This document shows positions 29,101-42,209 of a stretch of 64,000 nucleotides of DNA, piece by piece. Position 1 is the stretch's first letter, and the number at the start of each line of letters is the position of its first letter. A program made the translations under genes and the position numbers. Origin of the DNA: Diplonema japonicum (Eukaryota; Protista; Euglenozoa: Diplonemea); assembly GCA_964019335.1 (NCBI GenBank), contig OZ025705.1, positions 248,001-312,000 on the forward strand, in the 5' to 3' direction. The notes under the pieces were generated by a model. It was not told the DNA's origin and ran no database searches. It was given only the letters and a program-made list of their open reading frames with translations.

Positions 29101-30844
29101 AAAAGCACTTCCTGTTTGCCCACTTGCACTTCATCTCCTTGTCAGGACACCAACTGTGAATGCATGCCTTCTCACTTACAATATCTTCACAACGTTCCAC
29201 AGGTGCTGGGGTGTCCTCGGGACAGAAGCACTTTCCATCACCAATAGAGTTGGTCTTCCACTGGCACTTCATGTCTTTGTCAGGGCATTTCATGTTGACA
29301 CATTGCTTTTTGTCATGAATTTCTTCACATCTCTCAACAGGTGCAGGGGTGTCCTCAGGACAGAAACACTTCTTGTTGGCCCACTGACACTTCATCTCCT
29401 TGTCAGGACACCAACTGTGAAAGCATGCCTTCTCACTTACAATATCTTCACAGCGAGCCACAGGTGCAGGGGTCTCCTCAGGACAGAAACACTTTCCATT
29501 ACCAAGCGAGTTCTCAGTCCATTGGCACTTCAAGTCTTTATTGACAGGGTGTGGACATTTCATGTTGACACACTGTTCCTTATCTTGTACTTCTTCACAT
29601 GGCACAACAGGTGCAGGGGTCTCCTCAGGACAGAAACACTTTCCATTACCAAGCGAGTTTTCAGTCCATTGGCACTTCAAGTCTTTATTGACAGGGTGTG
29701 GACATTTCATGTTGACACACTGTTCCTTGTCATTAACTTCTTCACATGGCACAACAGGTGCTGGGGTGTCCTCGGGACAGAAGCACTTTCCATCACCAAT
29801 AGAGTTGGTCTTCCACTGGCACTTCATGTCTTTGTCAGGGCACTTCATGTTGACACATTGCTTTTTGTCATGAATTTCTTCACATCTCTCAACAGGTGCA
29901 GGGGTGTCCTCAGGGCAGAAACACTTCCTGTTGGCCCACTGACACTTCATCTCCTTGTCAGGACACCAACTGTGAAAGCATGCCTTCTCACTTACAATAT
30001 CTTCACAACGTTCCACAGGTGCAGGGGTCTCCTCAGGACAGAAACACTTTCCATTACCAAGCGAGTTCTCAGTCCATTGGCACTTCAAGTCTTTATTGAC
30101 AGGGTGTGGACATTTCATGTTGACACACTGTTCCTTGTCATTAACTTCTTCACATGGCACAACAGGTGCGGGGGTGTCCTCGGGGCAAAAACATTTTCCG
30201 TTACCAAGAGAGTTTGTCTTCCACTGGCACTTCATTTCCTTGCCAGGGCATTTCATGTTGACACACTGCTCCTTGTCCTGAACTTCTTCACACCTTTCAG
30301 CAGGTGCAGGGGTATCTTCAGGGCAGAAGCACTTCCTGTTGGCCCACTTGCATTTCATCTTCTTGTCGGGACACGAACTGTGAAAGCAAGTCTCCTCGTC
30401 CGTGATTTCTTCACACCTCTCAACAGGTGCAGGGGTCTTCTCGGGGCAGAAGCACTTCTCATCCTCCCACGAGCACTCCTTCTCAGAGTGAGGGCATCTG
30501 GAGGAGAGACACTTTTCCTTGATGCTCACATCCTCGCAGCGATTGTACAGAGGGCAGTCGCAGAACTCAGTCCCATCGGGGAGGAAATACCATTCGCACA
30601 GGGCATCGGACCCACGGCACCGGTTCTCAACGCAGCGCTCCTTTTCCCTGTGCTGCTTGCACGAAGGGGTGTCGCAGTGGCACAGCTTTTCCTCCGCATC
30701 CCACGCACAGAGGGTCTGGAATTCGTAGCACTTGTTCTGAAGGCACTCCTCCTTCGTCCCGTGAGGCCTGCACTCATCTCCTCCCGCCTCTACCGCAACT
30801 GTGAAGAGAGCAGCCGCAAGAGCTGCCATTCGGAGAGACATCAT
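26174..30844 (-). CDS. Secreted cysteine-rich tandem-repeat protein, copy 3
   Basis: Translation identical to copies 1 and 2; 3' flank diverges within about 3 nt of the stop. Confidence 0.92.
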   Translation of the reverse strand: MMSLRMAALAAALFTVAVEAGGDECRPHGTKEECLQNKCYEFQTLCAWDAEEKLCHCDTPSCKQHREKERCVENRCRGSDALCEWYFLPDGTEFCDCPLYNRCEDVSIKEKCLSSRCPHSEKECSWEDEKCFCPEKTPAPVERCEEITDEETCFHSSCPDKKMKCKWANRKCFCPEDTPAPAERCEEVQDKEQCVNMKCPGKEMKCQWKTNSLGNGKCFCPEDTPAPVVPCEEVNDKEQCVNMKCPHPVNKDLKCQWTENSLGNGKCFCPEETPAPVERCEDIVSEKACFHSWCPDKEMKCQWANRKCFCPEDTPAPVERCEEIHDKKQCVNMKCPDKDMKCQWKTNSIGDGKCFCPEDTPAPVVPCEEVNDKEQCVNMKCPHPVNKDLKCQWTENSLGNGKCFCPEETPAPVVPCEEVQDKEQCVNMKCPHPVNKDLKCQWTENSLGNGKCFCPEETPAPVARCEDIVSEKACFHSWCPDKEMKCQWANKKCFCPEDTPAPVERCEEIHDKKQCVNMKCPDKDMKCQWKTNSIGDGKCFCPEDTPAPVERCEDIVSEKACIHSWCPDKEMKCKWANRKCFCPENTPAPVERCEEVQDKELCVNMKCPDKDMKCQWKTNSLGDGKCFCPEDTPAPVERCEEVQDKEQCVNMKCLDKDMKCQWKSNSLGNGKCFCPEDTPAPVEKCEEVQDKEQCVNMKCLDKDMKCQWKTNSLGDGKCFCPEDTPAPVEQCEEVHDKEQCVNMKCPDKDMKCQWTENSLGNGKCFCPEDTPAPVERCEEVHDKKQCVNMKCPDKDLKCQWTENSLGHGKCFCPEETPAPVERCEEVHDKEQCVNMKCPDKDMKCQWTENSLGNGKCFCPEDTPAPVERCEEVQDKEQCVNMKCPDKDMKCQWKTNSLGNGKCFCPEDTPAPVERCEEVQDKEQCVNMKCPDKDMKCQWKTNSLGNGKCFCPEDTPAPVERCEDIVSEKACFHSWCPDKEMKCKWANRKCFCPEDTPAPVERCEEVQDKEQCVNMKCLDKDMKCQWTENSLGNGKCFCPEDTPAPVERCEEVQDKEQCVNMKCPDKDMKCQWKTNSLGNGKCFCPEDTPAPVERCEEVQDKEQCVNMKCPDKDMKCQWTENSLGNGKCFCPEDTPAPVERCEEVHDKKQCVNMKCPDKDLKCQWTENSLGNGKCFCPEETPAPVERCEEVQDKEQCVNMKCPDKDMKCQWKTNSLGNGKCFCPEDTPAPVERCEEVQDKEQCVNMKCPDKDMKCQWTENSLGNGKCFCPENTPAPVERCEEVQDKKQCVNMKCPDKDMKCQWTENSLGHGKCFCPEDTPAPVDRCEEIKDEESCVHSECPDKKMQCKWENRKCFCPNDTPAPEVLCEDIKNHDLCKRQMCPDKDLNCKWKEGSDGNGECFCPEAEECKMFVDKKKCVNNYCMEGGRACRWKEDASGAGECSCPEEDKCCDPLKEPGMYGNPICFEGHRCCAVSGQWVCSIGDGKNFPCGGTIISSGFGKVCPCEGGECRDCKGRCIIGNLVKCPVSPCAISPCGKNEVCTPNYCNGCNACCTSLFSR

Positions 30845-31446
30845 GTGTACAAAGGGTGTGGGTGGTGGGGGGTGTTTTAGTAACCTGTTTTGAGAATTTT
30901 GTTAGAAATGGGAATGTGCGAAACGCGTGAAATGAAAAATGAAAAACACAAGAAGAAGAAGAAAAAAAAAAAATGAAATCCCATATCACACAAGCAAAAA
31001 GAAACAAGCTGGAAATATGTGGAGGAGGAGTGTGCTTACAATAAATGAAAACTAGACATTTCAGGTTTGGAGTTGTTAGCCAGTTTGTCACATGTGGCTT
31101 CTAAAACATAAAAAAAATAGAGGACGAGGAGGGGGGAGGGGGGTGAAAAAAAAGGGAAACGAAAAGAGTATGGGTGGGCAAGGGGACAAAAGGAGCGGTA
31201 AAAAAGCAGTAAAATTGAAAGAGGGGAGGGGGAGAAAAGATAAACAGTCAGTTTTAAGCAAAACCGCACAGGGCATACTCCTAACCCATGTGATTGTTTT
31301 CCTTTCTGTTGCTCCAGCTTTTTTCAAAAAGGAAGAAAGGGAGGGACCTTTCAGATACCGCTTGTTGCCTCAAAGTCACCTTTGAAGTGACTATATAGAA
31401 GGAAAATAAAAGAAGAAGAAAAGAAAAGAAAACACCCAGTAATAAT

Positions 31447-32919
<1,473 letters not shown>

Positions 32920-33133
32920 TTAAATGAGAGCTGTCAGTTGGCCTCCTAGTGCCCTGCCCTCGTACAGTATACGGGGGCGTTGAAGGGCTCGAGGGGAGGT
33001 GCTGAAACTTTCAACATATAACTTAATGGGGAACAACGGTCCACCGAAGAGGGAGAAAAAAAAAAGCAGAGAAAAAGGTTTTGTCAACATTCTAGTAGGG
33101 CTGCCTTGATCTAGTAATAGACCCCGTCGGAGG

Positions 33134-33321
33134 CTATGCTGGCATGGAAACGCGTTTCGATGCATTTTTTGAAAAAAAGGGAAACGGAAACGGATACGGA
33201 TACGGAAACGTTTCCTTATGTTTCCTTAAGAAGGAAACGCGTTTCCATAAGAATTTTGAAAAGTATGGAAACGGAAACGGGAACGGAAACGGAAACGTTT
33301 CCACGTTTCCTGCCAGCATAG
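33134..33321. mobile_element. hAT-type MITE, 188 bp
   Basis: TIR CTATGCTGGCA...TGCCAGCATAG. Perfect 8-bp TSD GTCGGAGG (33126-33133 and 33322-33329). Multiple subterminal GGAAACG/AAACGG repeats. Confidence 0.9.
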
Positions 33322-33776
33322 GTCGGAGGGGGGTGGCCCAAAGTGACAAAAAAAAAAGAAGAAGAAAAGAAAAAGGGGGGGAAAAAAAAGAAACTATTTC
33401 TTAGCGATTGTGGCGCTGTGCATCAGCAATGTATGCAACGAATAGTTCACGGTAACCTACAAGATATAATATCGTACGAGCAATGAAAAAAAAGAGGAAA
33501 ATAAAAAAAAGAGAGGCAGGTTTTTTCCCTCTCTTCCTCTTTTTTTTTTTTTAAGTTGGTAAAAATGCGTCACATTTCGATACAGCCACCGCAAGAAGTA
33601 TTCCACTGACCGTTACACGTTGCCATGCTAGATAGCAACGAATATCTGTTTCAGCAGGGATTACGGCGAAGAAGTGTGGGAGAGCTCTTTTTCTCGGGAA
33701 AGAAGGAGCTTTTTGTTAAGTTTTAATACTGTTACAAATTCTGGAATGAAGAAAGGGGTGCAACGATCTGGAGTGT

Positions 33777-34472
33777 TTAGTTGCTGATCTTGACGCATTG
33801 TGGGGCGTAGTGGCACCAAGACAAGCACCTCGCCCAGTGCGAGTTCTGCTGGTAGCACGACAGACCAGCCTCGCAGCAGTTGGGGTTCGTGAGGCATCCT
33901 TGGTACGTACCAAGTCTGCGGGCGCAGGTGTCGGGAGAAGGCGGGCTGTTCCCGCTGCTAGAACTGCTGCTGCTAGAGCTGCTTGAACTGCTGCTGCTAG
34001 AGCTGCTTCCACTGCTGCTGGAACTGCTGCTGCTCGAGCTAGAACTGCTGCTGCTGCTGCCGGAGCTAGAACTGCTGCTGCTGCTGCTGCTCGAGCTAGA
34101 ACTACCACCACCGCTGCTGCTGGAGCTGCTTGAACCACTGCTGCTGGAGCTACTGCTGCCTCCACTGCTGGAGCTGCTGCTGCTTGAACTGGAGCTAGAA
34201 CTAGAGCTGCTGCTGCCACTGCCTGGGGTAGGGGGGGTCGGAGGTGTTGGGGTCGGAACAGGAGCCGGCACCGTTCCCGCCATGTCAGGGCACCACGTCG
34301 ACCAGTTCCACTCGCAAGTGCTCTTGCTCCCCCCACCTCCCCAGCAGGGGTCAGACCACCCCCCAGTCCTGAAGCATGGCTCCTTCTTATCAATGCAAAC
34401 CTGACACTGCGCCACAGTCTGTCCGGAGACACTAGCCGCGAGCAGCAGCAATGCAACAATCATTTTCATCAT
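33777..34472 (-). CDS. Secreted non-catalytic protein: 6-Cys module + Pro/Thr and poly-Ser linker + 8-Cys CBM1-like module (231 aa)
   Basis: Signal peptide. N- and C-terminal modules align with the termini of the GH18 at 50385-51869 (both end ...ISN*). No catalytic domain. Confidence 0.85.
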   Translation of the reverse strand: MMKMIVALLLLAASVSGQTVAQCQVCIDKKEPCFRTGGWSDPCWGGGGSKSTCEWNWSTWCPDMAGTVPAPVPTPTPPTPPTPGSGSSSSSSSSSSSSSSSSSGGSSSSSSSGSSSSSSSGGGSSSSSSSSSSSSSSGSSSSSSSSSSSSSSSSGSSSSSSSSSSSSSSSSSSGNSPPSPDTCARRLGTYQGCLTNPNCCEAGLSCYQQNSHWARCLSWCHYAPQCVKISN

Positions 34473-34832
34473 TCTGACCGAACCTAAGCTACAAGGGTGG
34501 GGTTAAAAGGGAATGGCAATTAAAACGAGATAATATAGGTTTCAGCAAGACATCACAAAAGGATGAACGCCTTTCTAAAAGGTGTTCCAAATAAAAGGAA
34601 GGTGGTATAAAAATACTTTTGCATCAAGGGTGGACCAATATCCACCGCTCGACATTCGTACCTTTGCACCCATAATGGACCAGCTAGAGATGAATAGGGT
34701 GGAAGATAGAGAAGGCCGTCTTTGGAGACCACATGAAAGGATGAAACAATCACGATCACGATTTGTGGTGGTGACGACGAACATTCGGATATATTAATTA
34801 TTATTATTATCATTATTTTCCCCTTCACACAT

Positions 34833-35141
34833 TCAAAGCTTTGTCGCGACCACAGCCTTGATCTTCCCATCCTCAATGGTGAAGGTTTCCTTCGCCTTCA
34901 GTGTGAGGAGCAGCATCTTCGCCTTCATCGTGCGGGTGAACTGCTTCCCGTCGGCGGACGCTTCGGGCTCCGAATGCCCGTAGAAGTCAGGCATGTCACT
35001 CAGAAGCTGCTTCCTCAAGGCCCCCTTCCCATTCGCCTCAAACTTCGGGTTCTTGAAGTGCACGTCTTCCGTCATCAAGCTCAGCATCCCGTCAACGTCC
35101 TTCGACTTCGTGAACTTCGTGTACTGCGCGATAACCTCCAT
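34833..35141 (-). CDS. Small SnoaL/NTF2-fold protein, copy 1 (start probably MEVIAQ; alternative ATG at 35192)
   Basis: DVDGMLSLMTEDVHF...G...LR and a terminal FTIEDGKI pattern typical of SnoaL-like domains; GC3-rich codons. Confidence 0.7.
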   Translation of the reverse strand: MEVIAQYTKFTKSKDVDGMLSLMTEDVHFKNPKFEANGKGALRKQLLSDMPDFYGHSEPEASADGKQFTRTMKAKMLLLTLKAKETFTIEDGKIKAVVATKL

Positions 35142-35507
35142 GTTTGCGATTGGTGTTTGTGGGGCTGCAGATGGGGGTGGGGGGGTTTGCATTTAAAGAA
35201 TGCTTTTGCTGCCAAAAAATAAAATAAATCAATAAAAGTAAAACCAGGGGGGGGGGGGGTAAGTACCTCACTCTTGCTTGTGACGAGGGGGACAGGGTGG
35301 GTGGGGGGTTAGAAACTATATAAAAAGAGGGCTGCAAAAGCCGTAGCTGTTGCTATCCACTCTTTCTCTTGTTTCAAAATCAAAGATAAGTTTAAAGACG
35401 GGGGAAGAGGAGGGACTCTTTCCTCCTCGAAAAAAACAACTTTTTTATCTACAATTGCGGGGGGGGGGGGGGGGGGATAAAGAAAAATAAAAGGGCACAG
35501 AGAGGGC

Positions 35508-35786
35508 TTATTTCCCAGGGAACTGAGCGTTCTTCTGCTGCTCAAGGAGTTCCTGGAACTTCTGCTTGAAGTGAGCGGAGTGGTCCCTCATCTTCTTGTT
35601 GAACTTGTCGGTGTGCTCCTTGATCATCTTCTCGAACTTGTCGTAGTGCTCCTTCATCTCAGGCGACAGGGTCGACTCGTCGGGCTTGTCCGCGAAGAAC
35701 TTCTTGTTCTGCTCCTCCATCTTCTTGCTGAACTCGGCATCGAGGCGGTCGAGCTTGTCGCTGAACTCCTGGTACGTGGTGCACAT
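35508..35786 (-). CDS. KMP11: Kinetoplastid membrane protein-11, copy 1 (92 aa)
   Basis: MCTTYQEFSDKLDRLDAEF...KFFADKPDESTLSPEMKEHY...EQQKNAQFPGK. Confidence 0.97.
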   Translation of the reverse strand: MCTTYQEFSDKLDRLDAEFSKKMEEQNKKFFADKPDESTLSPEMKEHYDKFEKMIKEHTDKFNKKMRDHSAHFKQKFQELLEQQKNAQFPGK

Positions 35787-36374
35787 CTTTCTCTTTTTTC
35801 TCTTTTTTTTTCTCTTGCTTTGTTGTTTGTAAGTAGCAGCCCTGGAAAGAAAAATAAGAAAAATATGAATAAGTAAATAAATAGAAGGAATAAAAAACAA
35901 AAATAGAAGCAAGATGTAGATCTATCTGCACTCGAGACAACATTATGAGCTTCACGAGCTCCCGCCGACCCAACAGCACACGGGAGAGTGATTCAGCAGC
36001 TCCTTCACATGTGTCCAAAATATTCTGAGAGGGAGAGAGAGAGAGAGGAAGGAGAATTCAGTTAGATAGAAGACCTAACAATAGAAAGAGGGAGAGTTCT
36101 TACAGCTTCTTTGCGGTTTTCCCTTCATATAAGGTGGTGCAAAGGAAAGGGCTATTAAAACAAGACAAAAAAAAAAGGAGTTAGCTGAACTAATTTAAAG
36201 AGTTTAAAAGGGTTCAAATAGAAAGAGGAGGAGAAGATGAAGACAAGATAAGTATATTCGGAGTAGGAGGAGGAACTAGACCAAATGAAATTAAAAAAGT
36301 ATGCAAACTGTCCTTGAAGGGAACCTGCAGTATGTGACAGGATCGCCGCACGACAAAACAACTCATCTAGGAAA

Positions 36375-36529
36375 GAAAATGCTGGACGGCAAACTGTCCG
36401 GGTTTTGTCGCATTCGGGAGTGTGTCCGTCCGGCATTTTTCCGTTCGGCATTAAAATTTTCTTGGACCCTACGCACTGTGCCTATCCTACCAGCCCCTAT
36501 GTAAACAAGTTAACTTTTTTGTTTTACAG
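36375..36529. repeat. Degenerate relative of the 269-381 hairpin/MITE remnant
   Basis: aaaatgctggacgg...tgtccgggtttt...ccgtccggcatttt hairpin with the same layout; ends gttttacag|ta at 36529. Confidence 0.45.
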
Positions 36530-36789
36530 TAATAAAGAAGAGAGAGAACACTAAAAAAAAGGAGAAAGGACAAATCTTTGTAAGACGTCCCCTCCCCTCT
36601 TTGATATAGAAAACCAGCAATGTTATATATGGAAGGCAATGAGGTTTCCTTTTCACGTTGGAGAGATAAGAAAGTTATGAAACACGTGTCAGTGGCTAGC
36701 CCCTTTCTATTAACGAAGGGGTGTAAGCAAACACACACACAAGTTTCTTTCTTTCTTTCCTTCATCTTTTTTTTTAATTTCATCTTCTT

Positions 36790-39486
36790 TCAGCGGGCTC
36801 CAGATGGGGGAGCGAAGCACGTGCATGTCTTGGGAACACCCGTCCCCCCGTTGTTGGGGCCACTCGGCTTCTTGCACATGGGTCTGTCGAGGCAGCCCTT
36901 CGAGGCGTCGTAGTGGCACTGCGAGGAAGCCCCACAAGCCGCCTCGTCCTGTTTGAGCGAGCACTGCTCCCCCGCCGTGACCACGAAAACAACGAAGTGG
37001 AGGAGGTCCTTGGTGATGGGGACTTCCACGGGAGGTGCCCCTGCCGCCACCTCCAGCTTGAAGATCGCAGTCGGGAGGGGCTTCCTGTCGGAGGGTGCCC
37101 CAGGGAAGGTGGGGACGTACTTCGGACCACAGCTGCCTGCCTCGAAGCCTGCGTTCAGAAGCCCCTGCGGAAGACCCCCGTTCCTAGTGCTGCTGCACGG
37201 GGGGCAGTTGTGGAGCACCACGTAGAAGGTGCAAGGGTCGCTCGCCTGGTTTGCAGGGCAGGTCACCTTCAAGGACATCCCCTTCCTTCCGTGTGCTCCC
37301 ATGTGCGCCGTCGACCCCGCCAGCCACGAGGGTATCCCCGTCCACATCTGCCCGCTCACGTCGTCCTTCACAACAGAAGAAGACCCTTGTTGTCCCCCCG
37401 CAGCTGCAAGCGGCAGCGTCATCGCCATCACAACAGGGTCTTGATCCGCCGCCGGTGGCACCTTCACCGTCACCAAAGCAGGGCCCCCAACAAGCTCCAC
37501 CATAGGGGCGGCGGCGGAGGGACACTTTGCTGAGATGTCGTAGATCTCGAGGCTCTTCCCGAGGCCGCTGAGGAAGAGGTGGTCTCCTTCCACAAGGAGC
37601 GCGAGGACCATCGCAACCTCGTCCTTCGCGAGGAGAGTGAAGGTCCCCGTTGTCGCTGTCTCCTCCAGCACAAAGACGCCGTCGCCGCCCGTCCCTCGAC
37701 ACGCAAGGTACAACCTCGACCCGCGGAAGTGCATGTCTTGGCAGTTGGTCGCCTCGGTTGGGGCGTTCAACGGTTGCTGGGAAAGCGAGGCAGCGTCGGC
37801 CTTCCAAAGCTGGTCGGACACCTGGCTCACGTACAGAGAACCCTCATGGTACACAATCCGCCCAAAGCCGAAGTCGGGGATGGCCTTCATCGCGTGGAGC
37901 GACGGGTTCGCAGGATCCGACACGAGGAAAGTGCTGATCCTCCAGTGGGACGTGGAGGCCTTCGCTGCGTACACCTTCCCGTCGTGGTGGACCATGTCCA
38001 TCGTCTCCAGGGAATCGGTTTCCGTTGTGAGTGCTGGTGTGTACATCCCCACCAGGTTCAAGGACCCTTTCGTGAGCACGTAGAAGGACTCCAGTCGAGT
38101 CATCTCGTTCATGTAAGCAACGTAGATGTGGTGGGCCGACTCCGCAATCCCACGGTCATTCCTACGGTTCGCGTCTTGTGGGGCGAAGGTGTTCAACACT
38201 GCAGGGACCGCAGGATTCTGCAGGGTGTACACAACCATTGCGTGGCGCCAAGCAACGTACAGCAGGTCCCCACTCACCAGTACAGCACGTGCATTACCGT
38301 GGGCCCCTTTCGGGATCTCCCCCAACTCCACCGGGTTCGCCTTGTCCGCCACATCCACAACCCTCACCTTCCCCCCCAGCTCTGTCCCATACACATAATC
38401 TCCGAACGACGTCAAGTCCATCATCGCATCAAGAGCCCCCGGTCCTGTTTTCCCAACAAAAACAAGCTCCATGGGGGTACATCCTCCGGACGAGATCTCG
38501 TAGACCTGGAGGGTTTTCCCGAGGCCGCTGAGGAAGAGGTGGTCTCCTTCCACAAGGAGCGCGAGGACCATCGCATCCTCGTCCTTCGCGAGGAGAGTGA
38601 AGGTCCCCGTTGTCGCTGTCTCCTCCAGCACAAAGACGCCGTCGCCGCCCGTCCCTCGACACGCAAGGTACAACCTCGACCCGCGGAAGTGCATGTCTTG
38701 GCAGTTGGTCGCCTCGGTTGGGGCGTTCAACGGTTGCTGGGAAAGCGAGGCAGCGTCGGCCTTCCAAAGCTGGTCGGACACCTGGCTCACGTACAGAGAA
38801 CCCTCATGGTACACAATCCGCCCAAAGCCGAAGTCGGGGATGGCCTCCATCGCGTGGAGCGACGGGTTCGCAGGATCCGACACAAGGAAAGTGCTGATCC
38901 TCCAGTGGGACACGGAGGCCCTCGTTGCGTACACCTTCCCGTCGTGGTGGACCATGTCCATCGTCTCCAGGGAATCGGTTTCCGTTGTGAGTGTCGGTGT
39001 GTACATCCCCACCAGGTTCAAGGATCCCTTCGTGAGCACGTAGAAGGACTCCAGGCGAGTCATCTTGTTCATGTAAGCAACGTAGATGTGGTGGGCCGAC
39101 TCCGCAATCCCACGGTCATTCCCACGGTCCGCGTCTTGTGGGGCGAAGGTGTTCAGCGCTGCAGGGACCGCAGGATTCTGCAGGGTGTACACAACCATTG
39201 CGTGGCGCCAAGCAACGTACAGCAGGTCCCCACTCACCAGCACACCACGCGCCTTCCCGCGGGCTCCTCTCGGGATCTCCCCCAACTCCACCGGGTTCGC
39301 CTTGTCCGCCACATCCACAATCTTCAAATTCCCCCCCAGCTCCGCCCCGTACACATAATCTCCTAACGACGCCATGTCCACCATCGCATCAAGAGCCTGC
39401 CCCGGTCCTGTCCCTGCCCCTAGCTTCTTGAGACCCTGGCTTCCCACGCAGAGAGCTGCGAACAGCAACATCTTCAACATCAGCAT
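36790..39486 (-). CDS. Secreted LVIVD-repeat (beta-propeller-like) protein with two 320-aa internal repeats and a Cys-containing C-terminal domain (898 aa)
   Basis: Signal peptide; LKIVDVADKANPVELG / VVYTLQNPAVP / FLVSDPANPSL blades; 960-bp internal direct repeat (for example 37561 matches 38521). Confidence 0.8.
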   Translation of the reverse strand: MLMLKMLLFAALCVGSQGLKKLGAGTGPGQALDAMVDMASLGDYVYGAELGGNLKIVDVADKANPVELGEIPRGARGKARGVLVSGDLLYVAWRHAMVVYTLQNPAVPAALNTFAPQDADRGNDRGIAESAHHIYVAYMNKMTRLESFYVLTKGSLNLVGMYTPTLTTETDSLETMDMVHHDGKVYATRASVSHWRISTFLVSDPANPSLHAMEAIPDFGFGRIVYHEGSLYVSQVSDQLWKADAASLSQQPLNAPTEATNCQDMHFRGSRLYLACRGTGGDGVFVLEETATTGTFTLLAKDEDAMVLALLVEGDHLFLSGLGKTLQVYEISSGGCTPMELVFVGKTGPGALDAMMDLTSFGDYVYGTELGGKVRVVDVADKANPVELGEIPKGAHGNARAVLVSGDLLYVAWRHAMVVYTLQNPAVPAVLNTFAPQDANRRNDRGIAESAHHIYVAYMNEMTRLESFYVLTKGSLNLVGMYTPALTTETDSLETMDMVHHDGKVYAAKASTSHWRISTFLVSDPANPSLHAMKAIPDFGFGRIVYHEGSLYVSQVSDQLWKADAASLSQQPLNAPTEATNCQDMHFRGSRLYLACRGTGGDGVFVLEETATTGTFTLLAKDEVAMVLALLVEGDHLFLSGLGKSLEIYDISAKCPSAAAPMVELVGGPALVTVKVPPAADQDPVVMAMTLPLAAAGGQQGSSSVVKDDVSGQMWTGIPSWLAGSTAHMGAHGRKGMSLKVTCPANQASDPCTFYVVLHNCPPCSSTRNGGLPQGLLNAGFEAGSCGPKYVPTFPGAPSDRKPLPTAIFKLEVAAGAPPVEVPITKDLLHFVVFVVTAGEQCSLKQDEAACGASSQCHYDASKGCLDRPMCKKPSGPNNGGTGVPKTCTCFAPPSGAR

Positions 39487-39937
39487 CTTTTCTGTCTTCT
39501 TTTTTTTCTTTTGGCGTTTGTCGCTTTTTTTCTCTTTTTTCAGTTAAAAAACCTGTGGTGGAAAGTTGCGATCAAAGGACCATAAGAAAAGGATTAACAA
39601 TATTCAAAGAAAATAGGAAAAAGTAGCAACAAGAGGCCATAATAAGTATATAAAAAAAGGGGGCTGCAAAGACATAGCCTTGCTCCACTATTTTCTTTGT
39701 TTCAAAATCAAACGTTGGGTGACAACTCGGCCGTTGAAAGAAGATAAAAAAAAAAGATAAATTTAAAATAAAAAGAAGAAACACACAAGAAATAAAAGCG
39801 CAGGTAAGACACGTTCATAAAGACAAAGAGAAAGAAAGAAAAAAAGGGGGGTGTTCAATCGCTACTGTCAATGGTCAAGGAAAGAAAAAGGAGACATAAA
39901 TTAGAGGAAAGATCTTTTTTCTTTTTTTCTCCTGCTT

Positions 39938-41425
<1,488 letters not shown>

Positions 41426-41429
41426 TCAA

Positions 41430-41463
<34 letters not shown>

Positions 41464-41890
41464 AATAATATTAATAAGTTCGACACTCAAGGCTAGCGCT
41501 TTCGCGCTCACCCGTTTGTCTTGCAGTTTTCAAAAAAGAAAACGAAAAGAAATAAAAGAGAGAAAGACAGGGACTCCAAAGGTCTAAACAACATCATTGC
41601 TAACCCACTTTTCCCCCTTTCACTTTTGCGTGATTCTTAACTCGTGTAGAATGGAACTGTTGTATATGTGAAATGCTATGCACTGTCATCACACGAAGTA
41701 CTGAATAAAGAGGGCTGCAAAAGCCGTAGCTGTTGCTATCCACTCTTTCTCTTGTTTCAAAATCAAAGATAAGTTTAAAGACGGGGGAAGAGGAGGGACT
41801 CTTTCCTCCTCAAAAAAAAAATAAAATACTTTTTATCTACAATTGCGGGGGAGGGGGGGATAAAGAAAAATAAAAGGGCACAGAGAGGGC

Positions 41891-42169
41891 TTATTTCCCA
41901 GGGAACTGAGCGTTCTTCTGCTGCTCAAGGAGTTCCTGGAACTTCTGCTTGAAGTGAGCGGAGTGGTCCCTCATCTTCTTGTTGAACTTGTCGGTGTGCT
42001 CCTTGATCATCTTCTCGAACTTGTCGTAGTGCTCCTTCATCTCAGGCGACAGGGTCGACTCGTCGGGCTTGTCCGCGAAGAACTTCTTGTTCTGCTCCTC
42101 CATCTTCTTGCTGAACTCGGCATCGAGGCGGTCGAGTTTGTCGCTGAACTCCTGGTACGTGGTGCACAT
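41891..42169 (-). CDS. KMP11: KMP-11 copy 2
   Basis: Identical protein. Confidence 0.97.
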   Translation of the reverse strand: MCTTYQEFSDKLDRLDAEFSKKMEEQNKKFFADKPDESTLSPEMKEHYDKFEKMIKEHTDKFNKKMRDHSAHFKQKFQELLEQQKNAQFPGK

Positions 42170-42174
42170 CTTTT

Positions 42175-42209
<35 letters not shown>

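Larger units (their letters stand above)
34609..35790. repeat. Segmental duplication (SnoaL-like gene + KMP-11), second copy at about 44348-45527
   Basis: Near-identical sequence at offset about 9738; differences mostly in homopolymer lengths. Confidence 0.9.

Noticed and set aside
35209-35266. Possible 58-nt 5'UTR intron (GAG|GTAC...GGCAG) upstream of the SnoaL-like gene
   Set aside because: Cannot be distinguished from a plain trans-splice acceptor without transcripts.
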